Shown: positions 25,643-39,121 of the stretch, in pieces
Numbering within the stretch: the stretch's first letter is position 1
Layout of the letters: each line of letters begins with the position of its first letter
Assembly (NCBI RefSeq): GCF_006345805.1
Contig: NC_043017.1
Location: forward strand, 10,726,001 to 10,790,000
Source: Octopus sinensis
Lineage: Eukaryota
Reading direction: 5' to 3'
Length of the DNA stretch: 64,000 bases
Notes under the pieces: model-generated
Told to the model about the DNA's origin: nothing
Seen by the model: the letters and a program-made list of their open reading frames with translations, nothing else
Databases searched by the model: none
Translations under genes and position numbers: made by a program

Positions 25643-26554
25643 TATATTAATCCATGGTTTAGAGGAATATATTATTAGCATGGGAGAAAACAAACCAATG
25701 GACAGGTGAAGCAAGGAAGATCTTTCATCATTGGTCAGCTCAAACCAGACTGACTTGAGGCTAAACAACATGTGTGTGTGTCTCAGTGAGTGTGTATGTG
25801 CGCATGTGTGTGTGTGCATGCCTCTGTATGTGTGTGTGTGTGCATATGTATATGTGTGTCTGGGTGGGTATGTTTGTGTGTGTGCGTGTATGCATGTGTG
25901 TGTGTGTATGTGTGTGTGTGTGTGCATTTTTGTGTTTGAGTGTGTGTGCATGTGTATGAGTCTGCATGAATGTGTGTCTATGCGTGAGTGCATCTGTATA
26001 TATGTGTGTATGTACATGTCTGCATGTGTGTGTCTGTATGTCTGGTTGTATATGTGTGTGTGTGTGTGTCTGCTTGTGTAAATACACACATGGTAGAGCA
26101 GTTAAGACGCTTTCTCCTCAATCATGAGGTCTTAGTTTCAATTCTACCGCTTGGTACCATTGGCAAAGAATAGATTTTATGCTGGATTCAAGTCGACCCA
26201 AGTGAAACTCAGGCAGAGAGAAATTGTTTAGAAGCTCACCAAACAGGAATAACATGAAATTCCAAGAACCAGACTTGCCAGACACTGTGTTGCTCTGATT
26301 CTGCTTGGGAATTACATTTAGGGCACATATGCCTGTGGAGTATTCAGCCACTTTCCATGCCAATCCAAAGAATACATCAATCAGGTGCTAAAAATAAACC
26401 TGAATGTTCATCTATTCGGTTCTTTGAAGATTCTTATGCAGAACATCACAGAATTTGGTGGGTTTTTTTGGTATTATGGTTGTTTGTATTTGTGGCGCCA
26501 AATGGATGAAAAATCTGAGGAAGGTTGGGTCTCAGAAGCATCTACAGTGATTGG

Positions 26555-26745
26555 AAGAGAGAAAGAAAGAAAGAAAGAAGGAAGGGGGGAGGGAGGAATG
26601 AAGGAAGAGAGGGAGAAAAGAAAGAAGGAAGGAAGGAAGGAATTAAAAGAAAGAAAGAAGGGAGGGAGGAAGGAATTAAAAGAAGGAAGGGAGGGAGGAA
26701 GGATGGAAGGAAGGAAGAAATTAAAAGATGGAAAGAAAGAGAGAA
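26555..26745. repeat. Polypurine (GGAA/GAAA)n tract
   Basis: Read directly from the sequence. Confidence 0.9.
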
Positions 26746-28081
26746 AGAATACAATGGTAGCAGTAGTAGTGACAAGTATGCCAATAAACAATGACAAAGA
26801 TATCGAAGAGCACTCAGTTCGATGCTCTTCCGCTTCCCTGTGAAATAGAGATTACCATTCTACAACTCCATCCAATCATTCCTTCTTTGGGATCAACGAA
26901 GAAAATGGCATTCTTGGTCAGGATTCTTGTCCTTATGTCCGAGACAAAGACAATACTATGATTATTGTATATTTTATTTTGAGATTTATTTTGCCTTGGT
27001 AATTCCAAGATCTCAAACCATATGAGGCAATGCTGTGTTGCTGGTGTGGCCCAAGGTAGTAACTTCCCATGCAGTAAGTACTTTCATTCGACCCCATGTA
27101 GGGCTTATAAGAGTGGGATTGAGTCAGTACATTAGTTTGTTTTTTTTAGAAAGGGGTCCATGATTATCTCCCAGGTCCCTCCCTCACTGCCAAAAACGAA
27201 AAAGGCAAATGAAATTTAAAAAATATTAAATGCAGTCTTTATGGTCTATAGTTAAGATATCATTATGAAACAGGTGTAGAAATACTTCCCTTAGAAAAAC
27301 TATGCCTATGATATACATCATTGCTGAAATAATAAAGAAGAGATTGAAATGGCCCAACCATGTAAATTAGAAGGCCACACCAGTCTGTGGCATTGTGGTC
27401 CTGCCAAGTTTTCTAAACTCCAGACTACTGACAGACTACCTTAAAGGTGAAATTCTAAGATCTGTGAAGACCAAAGATTATAGATTAAAAAAAACAAACA
27501 AACCAGAGGGTAGGGAAGCTAATCAAAAGTGTTATCAGTGTTTTTACTGAGAGGAGAGAACCAAAGGACCAATGGGGACTGAATGACCAAGGCTAAGAAG
27601 GTTGTGTGTGTATCTTTTATCTTTTACTTGCTTCAATCATTGGACTGCAGCCATGCTTTTTCACACATAGAGTGAAAAGAAGAAACCAACAATTTGTGTG
27701 TGTGTGTGTGATTAAAAAGTAAAGTTTACATCTATTTGTTCATACCAATGCTTTAAAATTTAATTTTAGATATTTAAAGTTATTTAAGAAAGGTTATGTA
27801 AAAAAGTAAACTAGCACCTAAATTATCTGTTTGCTTAAATCTTCGATTCAATTAAAAAGATTATAACCCAGTGGAATTTCTCATGCCTTCAATCACCTCC
27901 AGGATGGCAAAAGGGTCAATTAGTTCAGTTTTCTCTCTACTTTCCCCAACTTTGAAACAGATAAAAAGAATATTATCGTTCTTGGAAAAGAGAAACCAAA
28001 GTTTAAGCTGAAAATCAAAACTGAAGTGGGAAGCAAGGAATGTCATCATTATTTTGATTGAAAGTATTATGAAAGTATTAT

Positions 28082-28247
28082 AGGCGCAGGAGTGGCTGTG
28101 TGGTAAGTAGCTTGCTTACCAACCACATGGTTCTGGGTTCAGTCCCACTGCGTGGCACTTTGGGCAAGTGTCTTCTATTATAGCCTTGAGCCGACCAAAG
28201 ACTTGTGAGTGGATTTGATAGACGGAAACTGAAAGAAGCCTGTCGTG

Positions 28248-28295
<48 letters not shown>

Positions 28296-28640
28296 TAAAT
28301 TAGAAATAAAACCACTATTAGGCAAATCAAACAATGAAAAACTTAAGCCAATACATAAAATTAATTAATTCATATTATTTTAAATATATATCAAAATTAT
28401 TAAAAGTTTAATAAAAGATGATGAGTAATATGTGTGTATGTTTGTCCCCCCCAACATCGCTTGACAACCAATGCTGGTGTATTTGCATCCCCGTCACTTA
28501 GCGGTTCGGCAAAAGCGTCCGATAGAATAAGTACTAGGCTTACAGTAGAATAAGTCCTGGGGTCGATTTGCTCGACTAAAGGCGGTGCTCCAGCATGGCC
28601 GCAGTCAAATGACTGAAACAAGTAAAAGAGTAAAAGAGAG
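28082..28640 (+). mobile_element. Family B SINE with a ~130-bp AT-rich insert at its internal (TA)n
   Basis: Both halves are present; extra sequence at ~28292-28425 is absent from the other copies. Confidence 0.85.
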
Positions 28641-28946
28641 AGAGTCTGAGTGAATGACAAGATGACCCATTCTGAACAAATTACTCTGTTCCCCATGACT
28701 GTTAGTTTGTCAGTATAAGAACACATTCTCTCAACTTTGAAGTGATATTGAACACGAAATCATTTAAATGTAAAGCCGTTACAAGTGAAGATGTAATTAA
28801 GCCAACGACTGAAAAAAAGAAATCGTTGGAAGGCGATTTCCAAAGTTATATGTATGTTACTCGTGTCTTACTAATTACTTCAAAATGGTGCATCGTAAGG
28901 GGGAAACTATTTTCATTTTCAGACTCCCCATATTTTAAAGGATATA

Positions 28947-29332
28947 TATTTCTTTACCACCCACAAGGGGCCAAACAAGGACAGACAAAGGGATTAAGTC
29001 GATAACATCGACCCAGTGCGAAACTGGTACTTTTATTTATCAACCCCGAGAGGATGAAAGGCAAAGAAGACCTTGGCGGAATTTGAACTCAGAACGTAAC
29101 GACAGACGAAATACCTATTTCTTTATTACCCACAAGGGGCTAAACAAGGACAGACATAGGTATTAAGTTGATAACATCGACCCAGTGCGTAACTGGTACT
29201 TAATTTATCGACCCCGAAAGGATGAAAGGCATAGTCGACCTTGGCGGAATTTGAACTCGGAACGTAACGACAGACGAAATACCGCTAAGCATTTCGCCCG
29301 GCGTGCTAACGTTTCTGCCAGCTCGCCACCTT
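28947..29332 (-). mobile_element. Family A SINE, dimeric form
   Basis: Junction GACGAAATACCTATTTCTTT at ~29105-29125. Confidence 0.9.
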
Positions 29333-30945
29333 AGAATATAATAGACTGGAACCACTTTGATTATTATGTGTGGGTGCTGTTGAGTGAGAGACGTTAATTT
29401 TACGAACAGGCTGTTCCATTGATCAGATCAAGTGGAACCCTCGTCGTCGTAACCGACGGAGTACCACGATATGTATGTATGTATGTATGTCATTATTCAG
29501 TTTTATTTCAAGATTTCTTGCCAATAAAGACAGAGTCGGTTTCTAACAGAGATCCAAGGCTCCTTCATTAGAATTTCAACAGATGAAGCATAATGTCACA
29601 TGCTTACCCATGACGACATAGACTTTTACCGAAAGACTTCCGTGGTCAGCTCTTATAATCCCTCTACTGATATGGAGAAAAAATCGTAAAATTAAAAAAA
29701 TTGTTTCATCAATTCCAATTCACCGAAAAGATTTGCAGAAAAAAAAAAGTTAGAAGAACAGGGGAGACAACTCTTTCACTTTGCAACGTTTCTCTTGAAA
29801 AAAGGCAGATAAATCTCGTTGGAAACTGCATTTGATGGTAAAAAAGACCTAAGTTCGCTTTACTATAAAAAACATTGCAAAAATAGCTTAGCTGCAGCAG
29901 AGAGCATTACTGTGAACTAGTGACATATTACGGGGTCAGGCTTGGTAGAAGAGATTATCTGGTTTAAAGTTAGTAGTGTGTCAGGGACAAAATCAGCTCA
30001 TAGGAGCTCTACTTTGCATATGGGACCTGAAGTAAATTTTTGAGATATCTTTTGGTGGATGGCGGAGTCTTGTCTTTTTTGCCATGAAATTCCGTAAGAA
30101 AATAGACACCACTTTAAGGTCTCTCTATGTGGTTTCTAGACCTACTAGAAATAGCAGCAAAGTGTACTTCTATTAAAATGTTTAATGAGTCGCCGATCCA
30201 CCGGCATTCTGAGCGAAGGCCTCTGTTTCTGACACAAAAGTCTCTTTAAATAAATTTCCCCGAGACAAAATATTGGTTTCAAGTTTTGGTGCAAGGCCAG
30301 CAATTTCCAGTGAGTCGATAAGTCGATTACAATCAGCCCCCAGTGTTTCACTGGTACTTCTTTTATCGACCTCGAAAGAGAAAAAAGGCAAAGTCAAACT
30401 CAGTGGAATTTGAACTCAGAGCGTTAAGACAGACAAAATGGCCCTAAGCTTTTTTTTACCTGGCGTGCTAACGAGTCCGCCTGCTCAACGCCTTTTTGAT
30501 TGAAAATGCTGCAGCTAGCTTCGTTGCTTGTTTTCTATACACAATATAAATAAAAGCTATATATGTTTGTGTTTTACACTCTACTCTTTATAAGTCGAAG
30601 ACACGTTAGCTAAAGTAACCATACGTATTCTTCCGCCCTAAACAGACGGAATGATGACGGCTAGAATATCTTTAATCATGTATCTTGCCCAGTCAGGACT
30701 GACCTGAGATTAAAAAAACAACCACCGTTTTCTGTATAGATTACCGTATTTGCCTGCGTACAAGATGCGCTTCCCACCACCCTACATTTTTAAAGGGATT
30801 CAAAAATGTGCCCTGCTTCTAATGTAACAGTATTATGGATGGGGACCTGAATGTTGAAGGCCACTATCGATCCCTTTTGCCGAAACGCTTATGTTACGGG
30901 GACCTAAACAAACAAACAGCAGCTGTCAAACGGTTTGGCAAAAGA

Positions 30946-31255
30946 GACCGAGTTCAAATTCCGCTGAGGTCGACTTTTCCTTTCATCCTTTCGGGGTCGA
31001 TTAAATAAGTACCAGTTACGCACTGGGGTCGATATAATCGACTTAATCCGTTTGTCTGTCCCCTCTGTGTTTAGCCCCTTGTGGGTAGTAAAGAAATAGG
31101 TATTTCGCCCATCGTTACGTTCTGAGTTCAAATTCCGCCGAGGTCGACTTTACCTTTCATCCTTTCGGGTTCGATAAATCAAGTACCAGTAAAACACTGG
31201 GGTCGATGTAATCGACTAGTCCCCTCTCCCCAAATCCCAGGCCTTGTACCAGAAT
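30946..31255 (+). mobile_element. Family A SINE, partial dimer
   Basis: Junction GTAAAGAAATAGGTATTTCG at ~31088-31107. Confidence 0.85.
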
Positions 31256-31629
31256 TAGAAAGAATAATTATTATTATCATAGACGCGGACATATCTGCAT
31301 GGTCGTTGTTGTGGTCAACAAGTGTGTTTCCCAGCCATGTAGTCTCGCCCCAGACCGACCGAGGCTATACCTATGAACCGAAACTTTCCAGTTTTGACCA
31401 TTCTGTTTTATTTTCGGACATAGTGTCTGGTGCATTGAGAAATTTGGATGGACAAAAAGACGTTGTCGGATGATTTGTGTGTGAGCGCAAGCCATGAAAA
31501 AGAATTATCGAGAAAAGCGAAGTTATCTCCCTTGCATCGGCCTTCATCAATGTATACAAAATCGAAACTTTCCTTATATTGCAGTCTCTGATGGAACGAG
31601 CCAGTACCCATGAGCTTAACAGCTTGATG

Positions 31630-32033
31630 GGATCTTTTCGGTTTGAACGGCAGTTTTTTCTAGCGGTGTCATATGAAATTGTCGCCCATAATTATGACCC
31701 GAGTATCGATCTATTGCATTTCAATCTATTTTAGGGTTAGGGTTAGCGGTGGGAGAAAGGGTATCTTTTTTTCTTCACAAATGTAAATAAACCCAATCTG
31801 TTTCTTAAACGAGGGACATATCCATACGGCACATAATGTTTTCACCTCAATAGACGTCATTGATTGGTTGAAATTGCAGAAAAATAACAAATATCTTACA
31901 AACTATAGAATTTTCTCAATAAAGCCAAGAGAAAAAGATGTTTTATAAACACATTCTACCAGTATACGAAGTTTAAAATTTTTTAGTTACCTAGAAATTA
32001 TGTTAAAAACTGCCGGTCAAACCGAAAAGATCC
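31630..32033. mobile_element. MITE with GGATC termini and an 8-bp TSD (Merlin- or hAT-like), containing TTAGGG repeats
   Basis: TIR GGATCTTTTCGGTTTGA.CGGCAGTTTT; TSD GCTTGATG at 31622-31629 and 32034-32041. A second copy lies at 42505. Confidence 0.9.
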
Positions 32034-32041
32034 GCTTGATG

Positions 32042-32860
32042 CTGGTACCTGTAGCAAGGATATTTGGCAATCGCAGACACCTAGGAATCGAAATTGCACT
32101 GCCAGGTTTCAACAATCAGGGTTTATGTTGAGGACCAGTGAGTTGAGTGGAGATTTCGGCAATCTGGACCCTAGCAGGAATCACTGAATCAGGAGGAAAC
32201 GTGATTCGCCCAAATATTGATTACGTCGTCAAAAAAAGAAAAAAATTTGAATAAACACAAATGACAACTTGGACATCTGATGAACTGGATATGGTCAAGC
32301 AAGCTGTTGTTTTCGTGGAGAGACAAGCTATAAATAGAATTCTTTTACCATTAGCAGGCATTGGAACCTGATTGTCATGCTGCTAGAGACAACCATTCGC
32401 TCGCCTGCCAGTCTCGTATTCTCTGTGAATCCATAGTCAGACGATGGTAGTAAAACAATCTGCAGGCTGGAAAGCGGAACATTTTCCTATCGAAGTCGGA
32501 TGTAGAGAGTTTGTTGGACACAGCGTGAGACGACTGTTGTTATCGCTAGGCCTAACTCATCGTAAAGTCAATACCACCATGACCGATATCCAATCTACAG
32601 TGGAGAAGGCTAGCCACTGGATTTGGTTAAAAAGAGACGATGAGCGATGGCTAGAAGGATATTGAGTTTAACTTCATAACCAGCTGATCTAGCAAGCGGG
32701 GCCTCATATCAGTAAGGGGGGGGCGGTGCGCATTGATGCCGTCGAGAGGTAGGCCCCGAAATGGCGCGCATTCTCTCCTGATGACCCCATACACTTGCTG
32801 GCTTCCGGTATACAGAGCTTTTGACTGGTAGCACTTGCATGTGCAAGTTGTTTGCAAGAC
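32042..32860 (+). mobile_element. Non-LTR retrotransposon 3' relic with a restriction-like endonuclease tail (HERO/NeSL-like)
   Basis: GWKAEHFPIEVGCREFVGHSVRRLLLSLG...EKASHWIWLKR matches the RLE C-terminal pattern GW...PVEVGCRGF...ERASRWLW, followed by a GC-rich 3' UTR. Confidence 0.75.
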
Positions 32861-32885
32861 ATCTAAAAATATCTTTTCATTTACA

Positions 32886-33285
32886 AGGCTGTGTGGTAAG
32901 TAGCTTGCTAACCAACCGCATGGTTCCGGGTTCAGTCCCAGTGCGTGGCATCTTGAGCAAGTGTCTTCTGCTATAGCCCCGGGCCGACCAATGCCTTGTG
33001 AGTGGATTTGGTAGACGGAAACTGAAAGAAGCCGGTCGTATATATGTATATATATATAAGTGTGTGTGTGTATATGTTTGTGTGACTGTGTTTGTCCTCC
33101 GAGCATTGCTTGACAACCGATGGTGTGTTTGCGTCCCCGTCACCTAGGGGTTCGGCAAAGGAGACCGATAGAATAAGTACTGGGCTTACAAAGAATAAGT
33201 CCCGGGGTCGATTTGCTCGACTAAAGGCGGTGCTCCAGCATGGCCGCAGTCAAATGACTGAAACAAGTAAAAGAGTAAAAGAGAG
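32886..33285 (+). mobile_element. Family B SINE
   Basis: Matches the copy at 13431. Confidence 0.9.
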
Positions 33286-33819
33286 TGTTTCACAACCTTT
33301 CGCACCCTCCTAGCCATTCGATGTTCCAATTTATTGTAGACCCATGATAAAAGGGGTTCCAGAGAGGCCCACAATAAATATTGAAATTCAGAAATCAGAA
33401 AGTTGTATGAGAACAGAATTTATTGCGGGAATCCTTCATATGAGAGTCTGGAGGTGAAACATGAATACAAGAACATTTATATATATATATGTGTGTGTGT
33501 GTGTGTACATATACATACATACGCATACATATTTACATATTTTAAATGATTATTTTTATATACAGATATATACATATAAAAAGTCAGATATACATATAAA
33601 CATTAAATTGACTCACAATACCATTCATTAATCTGTGTGTGTGTGTGTGTGCTGTAGAGCAAGTGTCTTCAAGTAAGACAGTATGAGAGGTACCTGTAAG
33701 CCTAGGACATCATAATACAGCAGTCTTACAACAGCTTTAGAGTGCCTTTAGTAAATTAGAAGAGGTACATCAAGGAAAGATGAAATAGGCTATGTGTGTG
33801 TGTACATATATATATATAT

Positions 33820-34020
33820 ATATAGTTAATCCAAACATGAACACAGAGAAAACACAACACGAGGACGTGGAACAAGTATAGTATTATTGGACGCTCAGGA
33901 AAGGAAAGATGGAAGGAGGATTTAACATTCCGAGTGGAGCTCTTCGTCAGAAACATAGAAAAAGGAAAGGTCCAAGGAAGGGAAGACGGAGAAAGAAAAT
34001 CGCTAACAGTACACATGCGG
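33820..34020 (-). mobile_element. (TA)n-flanked short element with a hammerhead-like motif (same family as 62330-62560)
   Basis: Minus strand ATGTTTCTGACGAAGAGCTCC.CTCGG..GTTAA...TTCCTGAGCG...GTTCCACGT...GTTTGGATTAAC. Confidence 0.75.
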
Positions 34021-34021
34021 T

Positions 34022-34065
<44 letters not shown>

Positions 34066-34773
34066 CACACATATACATACACACAGAGTGAGAGACAGAT
34101 AGACAGACAATGAAGTGTCAAACCTGTATCTGGTCCTGACATTTCATAACTTGAATAAGCCATACACTCTCAATGAAACATTTAAATCACTGTGAACAGA
34201 AATATTGTAAATATGGATGCAAGTTTTATATGTGTATATCATCATCATCATCATGATTTAACGTCCATTTTGCATGCTGTCATTGGTTGGATGATTTGAG
34301 AGGAGCAGGCTTATAAAGATAATATACGCATACATACACCAGTATACATGCTCCAGTGGTGTTCCAAATTAGGCCGTCTGTGCCATATAAGAAAGAAAAA
34401 AAAAAGCATAGTAGACTTGTCTATATTTCAGTATTTTTGTTTCATATGATACAAATTACAATATTGGGGGAAAAGAGGGATTTTGAAAAACATTTTTGCA
34501 TCCACTTTTGTGACCTTTTCCATTCTCATGAGGTGGGGGAGGGACTTAATTTGAAACTGCCTGTTTCTCCTACAAGTATAAGCATCCAACCCATGCCAGC
34601 ATGGACAGCAGACGTTAAGTGATGATGATGATGATGATACATATTTGTACACATTACCACACACAGAATTGCACGTATTTACACATTATATCATATATAT
34701 ATATGTCAGTAAATGATGGGGTTGTGTTAACCACACGTGGAGAAATGATAGGAAAGGAAAAAATAATAATAAT

Positions 34774-34909
34774 AAGGCAGAATGCTAAACTGAAAGCAAA
34801 TTTTAATACAATTGGGTGTAAGAAAGATTAAAAAGGATTTCAAACCAGCTAATTTTTCTTGCATCCATTTATATTAAAATTTGCTTTCAGCTTAGCATTC
34901 TGCTGCCTT
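34774..34909. repeat. Degenerate hairpin (MITE-like), ~50-bp arms
   Basis: GGCAGAATGCTAAACTGAAAGCAAATTTTAATA pairs with TATTAAAATTTGCTTTCAGCTTAGCATTCTGC. Confidence 0.8.
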
Positions 34910-34973
34910 CTTCTTATTATTATTACTTTTTCCTTTTCTATATATATAAATATACATATATATTTACACACAC

Positions 34974-35392
34974 ATCATCATCATCATCGTCGTTTAACGT
35001 CCGCTTTCCTTGCTAGCATGGGTTGGACGGTTTGACTGTGGGCTGGCAAACCAGATGGCTGCACCAGGCTCCAGTCTTGATCTGGCAGAGTTTCTACAGC
35101 TGGATGCCCTTCCTAACGCCAACCACTCCGAGAGTGTAGTGGGTGCTTTTACGTGCCACCGGCACAGGGGCCAGTCAGGTGGTACTGGCAACGACCTCGC
35201 TCGAATTTTTATACACATGCCTACGGCACAGGTGCCAGTAAAGCGATGCTGGTAATGATCCCGCTTGAATGGTGCCTCCTACATGCCACCGGCATGGAAG
35301 CCAGTTAGCCGCTCTGGCAACGATCACGCTCGGATGGTGCTCTTAGCACCCTACTAGCACGGGGCACAAGTGCCAGTACTCCGTGATGATGA
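34974..35392 (-). mobile_element. Family C repeat
   Basis: Core, sub-repeats and (GAT)n tail on the reverse strand. Confidence 0.85.
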
Positions 35393-36619
35393 TGACACAC
35401 ACACACACATAACTCTACTATGGTCAGTCCCAAGCCGGATTAAGAAAACAGGTTGGCAAGCATTGGGTCAGCCATCCTGCTTTATCAAATTTTCAACATT
35501 GTTATGGAAATACCAACAACAGAACATAGGTTTTCTGTTGGTGCTCTATGCTCCACATGGAGTTAAAAGATTGAGAACAAAAAGATGTGTATGTGTGTGT
35601 AGTTATCCAATGAGTTTTCATAAGTGATTAAAAAAACAACAGGCACTCATATATCAGATAATACAGTACTATGAATTTCTACTCACAAAAGCCAATTTAT
35701 GTCATCGAATAGTTTCATGCAGAAGAACCAATGAAAAGTGTTGAGGCAAATTTACAATCATCAGGCAAGACAACATTTTCCTTTCAACTCTGATGACATG
35801 ATATTCTTCAACTCTTTTAGTTTTATCTTTTCTCAATATGAAACTATTGGTAACATAAATTGGTTGTTATGAGGCTATATTTATGTCATATGATATATGT
35901 GTATGCGGATGGAGATATATAGATATATATGTTTGGATATTTGTATATATAATGAATGTATTTATGGTTCACATGTAGACAATAAATTTTACAAACAACA
36001 TAATATTCTCTTAAACATAAACTAAACAACAATAATAACAATAATTTATTTCATTGGCACAAGGCCAAAAATTATGTATCTGAGGGTTTATAGCCAATTA
36101 TATCAAACCTCAGTACTTGGCTGGTGCTTATTTTCAGATCACCTGACCTGAAAGGATGAAAACTAAAATCTATTTTGGCTGGATTTGAACTCAGATCTGA
36201 AGCCCACATCAATAAAAGTCCGCCATCATTCTATCAATTTGCCACCATATAATAAAAATATTTTTTTTTTTTGAAGACTTGAGTACAAGAATAAAAATTT
36301 CCAGAGGTATGGATGAATGGCATGCCTTTCTAGAAAGGGCGGCACTAGGAGGGGTTAACTATAAGATTAGACCAGCGGTGGGTTTAATGGCACTCACCTG
36401 TAATAAATGTCTGAGGTAGGCAAGGCTGTTTCATAAACATGTGCTCATGGGCCCTGATACCAAAACTGAAGCTCCAACCATCATCGAAATATAACGAAAT
36501 TATTTGTGGGCTCAAGGAAACTAAAACGGCCCATGAATAAATAGTATAGCACCCACAGAACCGACTCTACATAAGTTGGTACTGTTAAACAAATACACAA
36601 GGCCACAGTGGTGACGACA

Positions 36620-37118
36620 GTCGACAGAATTTGATAGGTCCAATGATTTTATCGATTTCGGAAGGATAAAACACTGAGTAGAGAGCCCTGGCATGATTTG
36701 AACTCACGTTATAATCAGGGAGCTTGGGTCGGTTACATTGATCCCCCCCCCCCAGGACAGGATTAGTATTTACTTTACCGACCCTCGAGGGATGGAAGGC
36801 GAAGTCGACCTCGGCGGGTTTCGAACCCGGAACATAAAGAGCCGGAAGAAATACTGCCAAGCATTTTGGCTGGCATACTAATTATTCTGCCAGCTCGCCG
36901 CTCTAAACTCGCGTTTTTAACGGTTTCAAAATTTGGGACAAGGCCAGCAATTTCGGGAGGGGGAGAAGATCGATTACATTGACCCCCCAATATTCAACTG
37001 AAAGGGACGAAAGGCAAGGCCGAACCCAGCGGTATTTGAACTCAGAACGCGAAGCCGGACGAAATACCACTAAGCATCTTATCCGGCATGCTAACGATTC
37101 TGCTTGCTCGTCGCCTTA
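36620..37118 (-). mobile_element. Two decayed family A-like SINEs
   Basis: GCCAGCTCGCCGC and GCTTGCTCGTCGCC heads (reverse strand), GAAGTCGACCTCGGCGG body. Confidence 0.75.
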
Positions 37119-38065
37119 ACTCGCATAATAACAACAATGAGTTCTTTTTTTTATACAAATACACAAATCAATTATATCGACACCTGTTCGTGACCTTATT
37201 TTATAAACATACGTAAGAAAGGGGGATTATTATATAAGCTAGGTGGGATTTGAACTTGCATCGTAGTAATAACAAGCCTGGGACAAAGTTGGTATGATGT
37301 AGTTCGCTTCGCAAACGACGTGGGGAAGGGTTCTAGCCCACTTCTCAGCACGTGGATGTCTTCTACACCCCACTTCAATCAAAGAATTCGACAAGGAAAT
37401 TTGCGGAAGTGAGTCAGATGAACGTGTGCGTGCGTGTATGTTTACATTGGCATCGAATAGAAATGTCTTCTGGTGATTTCTTTTGGCCCGTCTCAGTTCC
37501 TTGTCTTTTTACGCCTTGTTACTCTACATTTTGTCTTTTTCGCCTCCCGAAATCGATGAAATTAAAGTTTACACCGACCAACACAAAATCCTCGTTATCA
37601 TTTAGGTCTGTCCCGTATAGCCTAGCGGTTCGACAAATATTGATTTAAAAACAAAAAAAAAAGACACCAGACAGAATGAAATAAAGTACTGGGAATTAAT
37701 ATAATTGATTAAAAAACAAGATAAACCCTCGGAGGAGGCAGTGCCATAGCATATATATATGCACAGTCCAGTGGCTGTAACCAGAGAAAGAAGAATGATG
37801 ATAAACAGAAAAACAGCAACAGTTTCTGAATTATAGCGGACCAAAAAAAACAAATGATGTCCTTCTTGTAGAGGCCCCACCTAAAAATTCAGAATATCTT
37901 GGAGAAGATGGGAAACAGTGGGACACAGAGCTGTTCATCCCTTTTGCAAAGGAGTTTAAGGTGCAGTCTTTGGACCCATTAATAAAATGTCACTACTGAA
38001 AAATTAAAGAACAAAACAATAATACAAAAAAAAAAAAAGAAGTCTGTTAATGCTAATTTTTGTGA

Positions 38066-39121
38066 CTATCTTCTGCTTCTACCTGTCGCAGATGATGATG
38101 ATGTTTTTGTGGTCGATGATGTGGTAGGAGAAGGAATGGTAGCAGCAGTAATTTGGGATCTGTTCGTTTCAAGAGGCGCTCTTGATGGTATCATAGCAGT
38201 TCGGAGGTCGAAGGTTTTTTTAATTGCCCGCCATTCAGCCGGAGATATGGAAATCACACACTGACGGGTTCGCTTCGTGCTTTCTTGGCTTTTATTCTCC
38301 TCCAAACCCACCGGTTCGATGACCGGTAAATTGTCTCCGTCCAGGTAAACTTTAGCAAGTCCATCGCGCACCAGAAACGAAACATGGAAGATGTTTTCGA
38401 CCGTTTGGCCGAACGAATCCGGGTTGACAACGAAACGGAAATAGCAGATTGGTTCTTTACCTTCAGCGTTGTGGTAATCCCGAAGACATTTCAACACTCG
38501 TTCTACCTCCTCTGTAGTCGCTTCGTTTTTTTCAATATCTCCAAATTTCGATATCTGTTTCGGAACGGTCGCCTTTTCCGATGAATTTTCCTTGTCTCGT
38601 GGTCTACGGTTGATGTGTCTCTGCATTTTAACGACCCCCGGATCAAACGAACCATATAAAAGATGCAGAGGGGTGAAACGGGCGAACAAATAGCTACAGT
38701 CCTGTCCCATGGTGATCCACCCGGATCGAGACACAACCATACGTTCTCCATCGAGCGACTCCAAGTGTTCCGAACCTAGACTGTTCTTCAGTTTGTCGGT
38801 ATACTCCAACGGTTGGAACCTGATAAACTCTGTGTTGAGGGCCTGAGCTTTCTGTTTGCCGAGGCCAGAGATTAGGTTCAGGGCGTAAGAATCGAGAGCA
38901 GCTTCTCGCGTTCGAATGTTGGTCGATCCAAACACAGGTTTGGAATATAATTCAGCTTTGCTGAGTTGAACGTCCAAAGCATCAGAAGACGGGTTGATAA
39001 GATCCTCTTTGTTGGCGTTGAGTTCTTCAATCAAGGACCGGTAGTTTTGTCTTATCTGACGCTTTTCAAGGTCGCTAGCATCCCCTCCCGACAGATTTAG
39101 ATTGCCACCACCTGGCAACAT
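38066..39121 (-). CDS. NSMCE4: NSE4 / NSMCE4 (EID3 family), kleisin subunit of SMC5/6, 351 aa, uninterrupted ORF
   Basis: N-terminal helix EKRQIRQNYRSLI, TREAALDS, and the Nse4_C signature PICYFRFVVNPDSFGQTVENIFHVSFLVRDG followed by QCVISISPAEW. Purine at -3 of the ATG (AAG ATG); CpG-rich relative to flanks. Confidence 0.93.
   Translation of the reverse strand: MLPGGGNLNLSGGDASDLEKRQIRQNYRSLIEELNANKEDLINPSSDALDVQLSKAELYSKPVFGSTNIRTREAALDSYALNLISGLGKQKAQALNTEFIRFQPLEYTDKLKNSLGSEHLESLDGERMVVSRSGWITMGQDCSYLFARFTPLHLLYGSFDPGVVKMQRHINRRPRDKENSSEKATVPKQISKFGDIEKNEATTEEVERVLKCLRDYHNAEGKEPICYFRFVVNPDSFGQTVENIFHVSFLVRDGLAKVYLDGDNLPVIEPVGLEENKSQESTKRTRQCVISISPAEWRAIKKTFDLRTAMIPSRAPLETNRSQITAATIPSPTTSSTTKTSSSSATGRSRR

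Noticed and set aside
27897-27949. 53-nt minus-strand exon candidate (GESREKTELIDPFAILE)
   Set aside because: Weak donor (GTGATT), only vague C2-domain resemblance and no supporting neighbouring exons.
31731-31750. Telomere or chromosome-fusion site
   Set aside because: Only 2-3 TTAGGG units, located inside a MITE that is present twice in the window.
32730-32810. GAAATG...CATT-CTCTC-CTGATGA in the HERO-like 3' UTR as a type II hammerhead
   Set aside because: Only 5 nt lie between the cleavage position and CTGATGA, so stem I cannot close, and stem II does not pair.
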